Origin: Asterias rubens
Lineage: Eukaryota
NCBI RefSeq assembly: GCF_902459465.1
Contig: NC_047080.1
Location: 9,424,001-9,488,000, forward strand
Reading direction: 5' to 3'
Length of the DNA: 64,000 nucleotides
Position numbers and translations under genes: made by a program. The notes under the pieces are model-generated. The model did no database searches. It was not told the origin of the DNA and worked only from the letters and a program-made list of their open reading frames with translations. Positions 46,901 to 64,000 of the stretch are shown piece by piece (positions within the stretch are counted from its first letter, which is position 1; the number at the start of each line of letters is the position of its first letter).

Positions 46901-48300
46901 AGCGCAACTGACTATAAACCGGCCTTAAGGGTAATTTTTAAATTTTTTTATTTATGGAAATAATTTATCTTGATTAGTTGTCTTGTAAGGATATCAATGG
47001 TCTCTTCCAAGTCTTCAAGATCCCACTCGATACTCCTGAGGCTATTACGGAGTTCATTTGTCGTCCAGTCATACTCTTCTTTGCCGACTGAGTTGGAGTC
47101 GTCTAGAAGTTCACACCATCGTTGGTAAAGACCTTCTGATGTGTTCACAGCCTTCTCTACCTCTCTGTATTAAAAAAAAATAATAATCACTATCATTTTT
47201 TGTAATGGCTGAGAAACTTTGAAAGTGAAACTGACCCAAAAATAGCCGCCTAGTACCCTTTCAATAAGAAACCTAAGCCTTAACACCTTTACAGCAACAA
47301 CTTGCTTGTTTGTTTATTTTAGAGTTTTTGATTGTGGTCCAGTTGGCGTAGTAGTATCTTTCCACGCCTACCACCTCTAGGACCATGGTTTGAGGGTTGC
47401 CTGGGGCACTGTGAGGATTGGGTTTTCAGTCCCTACCTGACTGTGTGGGGTTTCTAATATTTTCTAAAATGTAACAAACATTTCTAAGAACAAATTCTGT
47501 ATCCAACCGCCACTTTTCTAAATATTAATAACTGAGAAACGTTGTCAGTGACACTGACAAGACAATAGCGGCCTACTTCAATTCATGGAATGATTTGTGG
47601 GATTGTGAATGATAAATTATTCCCTTTGCTTTACAAAATGTCCTTGTCAGACGGACCTCTCGCGCAGTCCTGCCCAAAAAAAGGAACTAAACATGAGTGC
47701 AGCGAGCAGCGTTGTAATTGTTAAGCATGACAAGAAATAAGAGATCAGCAGCGAACAGGGTCCGAGCGAGGAGAGTAGGGTTAACTTTCCGTATGGCGCC
47801 ACCACCTTTCTTCACTAATTTTACAAAAAGGTAAATTAGATACTATATTATTTCATATCGAATGATAAAGTGGTGGCACCATACGGAAACTTTTCCGAGA
47901 GTAGACCCAAATAAACAATAAAAAGAAAATGGCTTATTTTTCATGATTTCTTATTGACTTTGCAGAAATCCAACTTTGCCTCTTGATTGAGTCTTTTTCT
48001 TTATTTGTCAAAATGTAAATTTCTGTCAACCCAGGTAAAGATTTAATTTGAACAAAATTAAGGGTGGTTTAGAGGCGACCAAGTATGGAATTAACCGCAG
48101 TTTGTTTTGTTATGAAAAATGAACACGTCAATCAAGCCGCAATCAAGACCTTTAACAAAATACCGCAACTGGCTGGTCAATACACAATTTACGCGTCTTG
48201 CCAATATCAAGAATATGGGTCACAAAACGGCAACAAAAAACTGCTAAAATATCCTTCATACTTACTCCTTCACCACGAAGAAAGGATCTTCTAAAGACAT
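40975..48300 (-). CDS. STX6: Syntaxin-6 (Qc-SNARE), 7 exons, 251 aa
   Basis: Exons 48300-48266, 47164-46995, 45957-45800, 44932-44822, 44657-44551, 43043-42949, 41054-40975 (756 nt). [62 protein letters not shown] and a C-terminal TM ([13 protein letters not shown]...) match remembered STX6/STX10. Confidence 0.95.
41299..42648. mobile_element. Kolobok-type MITE split by a 950-bp insertion
   Basis: TTAA|AGACAATGGACAC ... AAAAACACCCTGGAT[insert]CTGGATACACGAAGTTG ... GTGTCCACTGCCT|TTAA. Confidence 0.85.
41464..42413. mobile_element. 950-bp non-autonomous TIR element with 6-bp TSD (hAT-like TAGGG termini)
   Basis: TIR TAGGGCCACTGATTTTCCG / CGGAAAATCAGTGGCCCTA; CTGGAT at 41458-41463 and 42414-42419; subterminal ACGGAA repeats. 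Confidence 0.85.
45457..45780 (-). mobile_element. tRNA-containing retroposon-like repeat family A, terminally redundant copy
   Basis: 9-bp TSD TAATTTATT (45448-45456 and 45781-45789); 16-bp terminal direct repeat ATCAATATAAACCACA; internal A-box TAGCTCAGTTAATAGAGC and B-box GGTTCGAATCCC. Confidence 0.82.
45958..46994 (-). other. U12-type (minor spliceosome) AT-AC intron in STX6
   Basis: 5' site ATATCCTT (46994-46987), branch site TTCCTTAAC (45980-45972), 3' site AC (45959-45958). Joining gives the in-frame ETI-G-IVEANP. Confidence 0.93.
47779..47896. mobile_element. 118-bp Merlin-type MITE with 8-bp TSD
   Basis: GAGAGTAG|GGTTAACTTTCCGTATGGCGCCACC ... GGTGGCACCATACGGAAACTTTTCC|GAGAGTAG. Confidence 0.88.
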
Positions 48301-48780
48301 TGTGACAATCTGGATGCGGTCATGTGTTTATCTATAAATTATACTGATTAAAATACTACTTTTGTAACCAAAATTGTTTTCGTTTAAGGAGGGCCATCGT
48401 CCGTAAATCTGCCCAAGTCCTTTGCCTATTCTAATCGGAAACAATGACGTCATCGTTCTAGTTCAGAGAATTCTGACAGAAAAATCCTTAAAATGAATCA
48501 TTTTTAACTTATAATTTTTCTTTCCCTGCACGTTACCATCAATAAACATTAGATAATGTCTTTATTTACGATAAAACAACTCATAATAGGTCATATTTGA
48601 CAGAAAATGTCAAAAAGCAGTTTCTTATTTGACCCTTGACCCAGAAATTACCGAAGCATACATTTTTGTCAAACACATTTGCATGACGGGAAGTGAATGA
48701 TGGCGGCGCCCTAACTGAATAATTTGTCATCGGCAAAGAATCATTGAAATTCGATCAAATTGAGGAGTGTTTTTAAAGAA
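48301..48780. promoter_or_regulatory. Putative bidirectional promoter STX6/WDR47, including a candidate non-coding WDR47 exon 1
   Basis: STX6 ATG at 48300; CRE-like ATGACGTCAT (~48445); YY1-like GATGGCGGC (~48700); donor AAGAA|GTAAGT at 48781; acceptor TTTTCAG at ~49428 upstream of the WDR47 ATG. Confidence 0.55.
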
Positions 48781-49556
48781 GTAAGTATTACATTGAACAT
48801 AAAACTGTTATATTACCATAACCTTTTAAAATCTACAACGCATTTTATCTTATTTGATTTTTAATTTTTTTTAAAAGCATTTCACATGTTTTGTTGATTG
48901 AATGATTCATTTTCAATTTCATGTTGTCATTTGACATTTTCATTTTGTCAGTTTGTTGTTATTTATTGACGCCTTATTGAAACTTTTCCAAAATTTATAA
49001 AGAAATGGAATGCTTTCAGATACATTTTGAAATAAAATAGCAGTTCTATGTTATTAGTTAATCAATTGTGCATCATGATGTGTGACGATGAGCAAAAGAA
49101 AAGCTGGAAATTGAAAAACAAATCTCGTTTTGTAAATGTTATTGTAAATGATTGCTTTTATAAATATTATTTTTTTATTATTTCTTATTTTCTTTTTAAC
49201 TGATTGAATGAATACATAATAATAATGGTTTGTTCATGTTCACACATTTGAATGTTGTTGTTGTTTGCAGTAGTTCAACTACAACTAATGTAGCTGTCAG
49301 GTGATGATCATCAGTTATCGGCTTTTAGTTAGTGGACCGATGTTTTTAAAATTTACTATTGTTGATTATTGAGTTATATTATTATACTAAACAAAATAAT
49401 AATCACCTTTTCTCTTCTTTTTTTTCAGATTATGTTTTCTATATACAAATGAAGTTATCCGGAACAACATACGAGGCTGCTTTCAATTGAAAAAAAACAA
49501 AAAAAAACATTGTATTTTCTAAAGTTAAACTTGTCTGCGACAGACTCATTGCAATC

Positions 49557-58218
<8,662 letters not shown>

Positions 58219-61200
58219 GTTAGCTGCTTACCACTGGTGCCCAACACTAGTGCTGATCATGGGCACCGGTCTAAGGTTGGGTCACTGGTGTCCATCACTA
58301 GTGCTGTATCATACGGTTATGCTATGGGTACCGCTGTAAGGTTGGGTTAGTTGATTACCACTGGTATTCATCACTAGTAATGCTGACCCGAGGGCCCAAT
58401 TTCCCAGGCTCTGCTTACCGCGAAATACTGGGCTTTCAAACACCATTCTCCGCTTACTGTGCAAGCACTGAATTTCTGCGCTTGCTGCGTTAGCGAAAAA
58501 AATAACTAAAGTAACTAAGCACAAATTCCGTGCTAACCATTGAAATATGCTTGACATAAGCGCAGAATTCTCTGCTTCCGTTAGCACCGATTGTTTGCTA
58601 GCAGTAGCCTTGAAAATGGGCTCAGATGGTTACACTTTGGGCACTGCTCTAACTCAGGTTGGGTTAGTCGGTTACCAATGGCTTTGTTCTCAGTATACGT
58701 AGTCTTGTAGTGAATTTGTACAGTAGTGTGTATAATTTATTAGCTTTGATGTACAGATGGACATGGACTACTGCCTGCTGTAGACTGGGGGTATTCAATG
58801 CATGTGCAATATTTGCAAGAGACAAAGAGAAGTGTCATTAATGGTAGAGTAGAGTTCACTCCTTTTTAGCCCTGCCCCCTTCTAAACAATAAGGTTTATC
58901 GCGATTCAGAACCGCAATGCTTTGTGGGAAGGCATAGGGGGCAGTTTGCTATGCAGTGTATGTTTTCATGCACGACTCACGCACGCATCGCCTATATCTT
59001 TGTGTGTGTTCAACAGCGTCCTCTCTTGATATTTTTCTATTCGCGATAAACCTTATGGTGGGAGGTTTTTTGGCACTGAGTGTTTGTACACTATGTCTGC
59101 ATACGGTGATTACTTTGCCAAACAAATATTGAAGTTTTACTTTTAATAAATAATGGAAGATAATACTTTGGTAGTTAATCTCTTAAGCCTCATTTGGGTA
59201 AAGTGAATTTGGTAAAGCACTTTTGGTTAAGCGCTTTGTTTAAGACAAACATGGCTGAAGAAAGTTGAAGGAATGTTGGCACCTTTTAAGGCCTCCAAAC
59301 TAGTTAAACTCTCCCAAGATTGCTTTAAATTTAGTGTCTAGTATAGTGGACATAATGATTAAACCTTGGGTATACATTAAGCAATGTGAGTTTAATGTGT
59401 TAGTGTTATTATTATTTATTATTATTATTATTATTTATTTGACCTCAACAAATACAAGTACATCAAAAAGTACAGCAATAGTTAAACGAAAAGCAACGAA
59501 CCAATCAAAATAATAACAAATACAATAAATAAACCAGCAAAAAGCACACAATAAATATAAAAACAAAAACTAAAAATAAAAACCCAGAACAGAACATGAC
59601 AGGAGGGCAACTAGATGAGCAAAAAAAAAAAGGAACGAATTTAAGAGGAGCATGCAGGCATGGGGAGTAAATCAACTGAGGGAAACAACTGGACAGACCA
59701 ACAAAGAACAACTTATGTTAGTTATAACTCTGGGCCAAATTTCATAGAGCTGCTTTGTGTTCATACTGTACGATTTCCATTTCATAGCGCTGCTAACCGT
59801 GAGCACACCAAAAGGCATGCTAAACTTCCGGTGCTTTTACCGTATGAAAATTGTCCTGTTAACCTGTGAAATACGAAACTTTACGCACTAGTGAGCACCC
59901 TATGATTTCATACTATATTATTATCATCTACCTCTCTTCATGTATTTGTGTGTGCATCCCGATCAAAGATTTCATTTTTGTAGTTATCTTCTAAGATGCA
60001 TGTTTGATGTAGCTATGTGATGACAGTACACTCTGTAGGTTATTATGACAGATTAACTTGACTTATAGGCACCGAATGGTAATTACTAAATATAATTAAT
60101 AATATAATATAATGACTTGGTAACAAGTAATGGAGAGCTGTTGATAATATCAAACATAGTGAGAAACGGCTCCCTCTGAAGTTAGATAGTTTTTGAGAAA
60201 GAGGTAACTTCTCATTCAAATACAGCCTGCTCAAATACTAATACTTCAGGCCTGAAGCCTTTATTAGGCATCTGAACGCACACAAAGTTTTGCAACAAGA
60301 TTTTTATGCAAGTCGCCTGAAGGCCACTTGAAGGTGTGGGCTACAATTATTTTTTTCCAGAGGCCATTGCCACCTACTCCTAGGGCTGAAACAGGGTTAC
60401 CCCTTTTACAGTGCATACCGATGTAGGTTTGGGTATCATCAATACAAAGCCTGGCAGGTAGAGCAGAAAGCACTACCTCCCCAATTTTACGTAGCAAGTG
60501 TCACGACCGGGATCCAAAGCCACACCCTGCTGATCAAACATCAGAGCTTGAATCCGGTGCTCTTAACCGCTCGGCCATGACACTGCAACTTCAAATGACC
60601 AATTGAGCCCAAATTTTCAGCCCAAAATTTATGCATATGTTGGGATACACCAAGTGAGAGTACTGGTCTTTGCAATTATCAGATGTGTCCTCTGTCCAGT
60701 GCTATTAAGGGTTTATTTATTTATTTTATAGTTTTGTGTCTAGACTACAGTATGCCGCATGCAGAATAGGAAGTTCCTTTGTGTGTGAAAATACTTGATC
60801 TATTATTTCTTATGATTTGGACATTAAGACTGGCATTATTTTCTCGAATTTGAAATATTTATTTTTTCCCTTTAAACCTTACCTTACATTTGAAATATGT
60901 ATGGAAATTTAATTTAAATCTTTTTGCTAGCTTTGTTTTAAAGTTATAAATTTTGTTTCTTTTATCATATTTGTACATAACTTAAAAGCTTACTTTTGCT
61001 TTGACTAAACTATTAAGGTCTTGAACAATTGATATTTGATATACTTAACACTTTAAGCACCGAGTATACAGCACTTACATTGGTGTATGGTTTAAATGAA
61101 ACAATACAATATACTTAAATAATTGTTGTTGATTATTTTCTGCTGACCTTACTACTACTAACAAAAAACACCGGAGTCCAGCTATCTGTGCCCAATTTCA

Positions 61201-62998
61201 TAAAGCCTATAAACACAAAAACTGCTTAGCATAGAATAGTATTGCTTAGCAGAAACAAGTTTACCAGCCCAAATTACATTAAGTTTGTATAGTTGTACCC
61301 GACTCAATTTAGCGAAATTGTCAAGCAGTATTTTCTGCTTAAAGCCAGTGGACACTATTGGTAATTGTCAAAGACCAGTCTTCCCACTTGGTGTATCTCA
61401 ACATATACATAAAATAACAAACCTGTGAAAATTTGAGCTTTATTTGTCGTCGGAGTTGCGAGATAACTATGAAAGAAAAAAACACCCTTGTCACAAAGTT
61501 GTGTGCTTTCAGATGCTTGATTTCGAGACCTCAAATTCTAAACTTGAGGTCTCGAAATCAAATTGGTGGAAAATTACTTCTTTCTCGAAAACTACGTCAC
61601 TTCAGAGGGAGCCGTTTCTCACAATGTTTTATACCATCAACCTCTACCCATTACTCGTTACCAAGTAAGGTTTTATGCTGTTAATTATTTTGAGTAATTA
61701 CCAATAGTGTCCACTGCCTTTAACAGCTTTATGAAATTGTGCCCAGGTTGCTTGATACAGAAGACCTCTATATGCAGATTCTAACTAGAACAAAACATAA
61801 TAATAATAAACTTAATGTTATAGTGGCTTTTTATACAACGCTCAAATCTGTTGCTCATGGCGCTCCAGTATTTTTTCTGCACGATATGTGAAGCTATGTT
61901 TTCTGTATGAGACCAGTATATATAAGACAAACTACTTTACGTAGCACCATGTTATGGTTTATAAGGTGCCATGACACAATTTGCAGCCAATCAAACCAGG
62001 ATTTGGAACAATCTCCCAACTGCCATCAGGGAATCTAATACTCTATCTGCTTTTCGTAAAGTCCTTAAGATTCACCTTTTTCCAAGTTAATTTCTTTCTA
62101 GTGCGCTATGATCTTGATAGAAAAGCGCCTTATAAATTTTAATTGTTTTTTTTATGTTATGTTAAGAACAATGGGGGCCAACCACTTTTCTTTTTCGACA
62201 AGTACACTGGGTTCTTTTACAATAATACTCGACACACAAGACCTATGGCTTTACATCTCATCCGAAGGCCGCAGCAACAATGGTCAAGTTTCTTGCGTAA
62301 GGACAAAAGTTTTACGAACGGGACTCGAACCCACACTCTGCTGATCAGAAACACTAGAGCTTGAGTCCAGTGCTCTTATCCACTCGGCCACAACATGCTT
62401 AGCATAAATGAGACGAGCCATAGTACCAATTTAAATTACCAACATACTTGTTTATTGACATAAACTGAAGAATGTAGCAAAATGATTTAAAATACCAAGA
62501 GGACTTTCATTCTGAAATTACCCTGTTAATAATGAACCCTTAAGTGAAAACCTTAAGTTTCAACGGTAGAATATAAGACAATCTCAGATTGATTTTTTCA
62601 AATTCACGTTTGGTTGTATGATTGGCAAGAAAAGATAACCTTCCGATTCACACTGTAAATACATTATCTCTTTAAAAAATGTTAATATTATTGCGAACAT
62701 AATTTATTGTATTTTTTTCTTGTATAAATGAAAATTAATTGAAAGTAAAAAGTAATACAAATTATTGTGGTTAATGATACAAACTTTCTTAGGCAAAGTC
62801 TGCATCGAGCATTATTAAATAAGTGGACAGCTTAAAAAAATTACAAGCAAACTATTAGTGTACGTAAGAAGTGTGTAGTCATTGTGATACGGCTGTAAAA
62901 AATTGTCCAATCAACAGCTGTTATTTAAATTACTCAATGACCAATCAGGGCCATGTTTCATTGTGCTGCTTATGGGTAGATGTGTATGTCGCTTTCAA

Positions 62999-63360
62999 AG
63001 GAACACGTTGCTTGGATCGGTCGAGTTGGTCTTTAAAAAGCGTTTGTGACCGTTTGTTATAAAATGCATATGGGTAGAAAGATGTTGTAAAAGTAGTATA
63101 CAATGATCCACACAAACATGCCTCGAAATTGCACGGTTTTCCTCTAAACCTCGTCGACTAACACGGTCGGCCATTTGTGGAAATGGCCGACCGTGTTAAG
63201 TTCGCAAAGTAAAAGGAAAACCGTGCAATTTTGAGGCAAATTTGTGTGGATCATTGTATTCTACCTTTAAAACATCTTTCCGACCATATGCATTTGTATA
63301 ACAAACGGTTACAAATGCTTTTTATAGACCAACTCGTCCGATCCAAGGCAACGTGTTGGT
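62999..63360. mobile_element. ~360-bp almost fully palindromic element, Kolobok-like ends
   Basis: AGGAACACGTTGC(T/C)TTGGATCGG ... CCGATCCAAGGCAACGTGTTGGT|TTAA; central IR ACACGGTCGGCCATTT / AAATGGCCGACCGTGT. Confidence 0.8.
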
Positions 63361-64000
63361 TTAAGCGCATTTGATTGGATAGCAAGTTAATTTTGTTTGT
63401 GAGTTGGCTTCGACTTACTGTCAATATAAATGGTTGTGCTAAGCAGTACCATGGAATAGTTGCCAAGTTGAAAAACAGAAAGTGCTCTCCTTACAGGGCC
63501 CGCACGCCACTCTTGAAGGGGAACAGCAGTTTTTAGCTCTGGTTAGGGGCACCTCTTTGAGGAAAATATAAATTTATATTGGACCTTTTCCAAGGGCACC
63601 ATGGCAAAAGCACAGGGCACCACGGGTGCCGTTGGTTAATTTGAGGCCGGCCATACCAGTATGCGTTTGCATGTCAGTAAATGCATTGGTTACTTAAGTT
63701 TTCAGTAAAATTTGGGTATTAAATGTGTGCATCGCACAATACATTTGTCTTTGTGCCAAACGTGTTAAAACAATTCGGGTAGTAGGCCTACAACCCCTGA
63801 ATCATAATATTATTAAATAGATGTTAAATTAGCAGCACTGGGATAATAATATAATGATAATAATATTGATGTTAAAATGTTGAGAATACATTTGTTCCAC
63901 AATCCAGTACAAAATCGATTAAAGACAAATAAATGCAGCAAATAAATGGAAAAATCTTTGGCAGATGATAAAAGTAATTGTTCTTTGTGTGATTTTATCT

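Noticed and set aside
46948-46994. Continuation of STX6 exon 2 as [15 protein letters not shown]
   Set aside because: Read-through into the U12 intron; the AT-AC splice restores the conserved protein.
61433-61684. Recurrent ORFs such as [23 protein letters not shown] (also at 5717, 6133, 32472, 39146, 42341)
   Set aside because: Same non-coding MITE translated repeatedly; frames are not conserved between copies and there are no transposase motifs.

Overview
AT-rich, intron-rich animal genomic DNA. The repeat style suggests an invertebrate deuterostome, probably a sea star; that is inference only. Nothing here is prokaryotic, and there is no CRISPR array, rRNA or intact tRNA gene. By manually joining exons at splice sites with consistent phase I reconstruct five spliced genes: SURF1 (-, 8 exons, 319 aa), FAM221A (+, 6 exons, 335 aa), a stomatin/SPFH gene (-, 6 exons, 279 aa), STX6 (-, 7 exons, 251 aa, with an AT-AC U12 intron) and WDR47 (+, 9 coding exons, 947 aa). 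There is also a single-coding-exon 380-aa gene that may be CCDC190-like. SURF1/FAM221A and STX6/WDR47 are head-to-head pairs. Introns are full of MITEs (Kolobok-, Harbinger-, hAT- and Merlin-type), tRNA-derived repeats and tandem arrays. The most notable observations are four. (1) An apparently intact Merlin (IS1595/ISXO2-like) transposon with an 8-bp TSD, plus a tiny MITE whose termini match it. (2) Two families of short elements with an INTERNAL tRNA-like Pol III unit, terminal direct repeats and TSDs, i.e. a circularly permuted, longer-than-unit retroposon architecture. (3) An element with a 6-bp TSD. (4) Four short local duplications of gene ends. All family and gene assignments are by eye and from memory; no searches were run.
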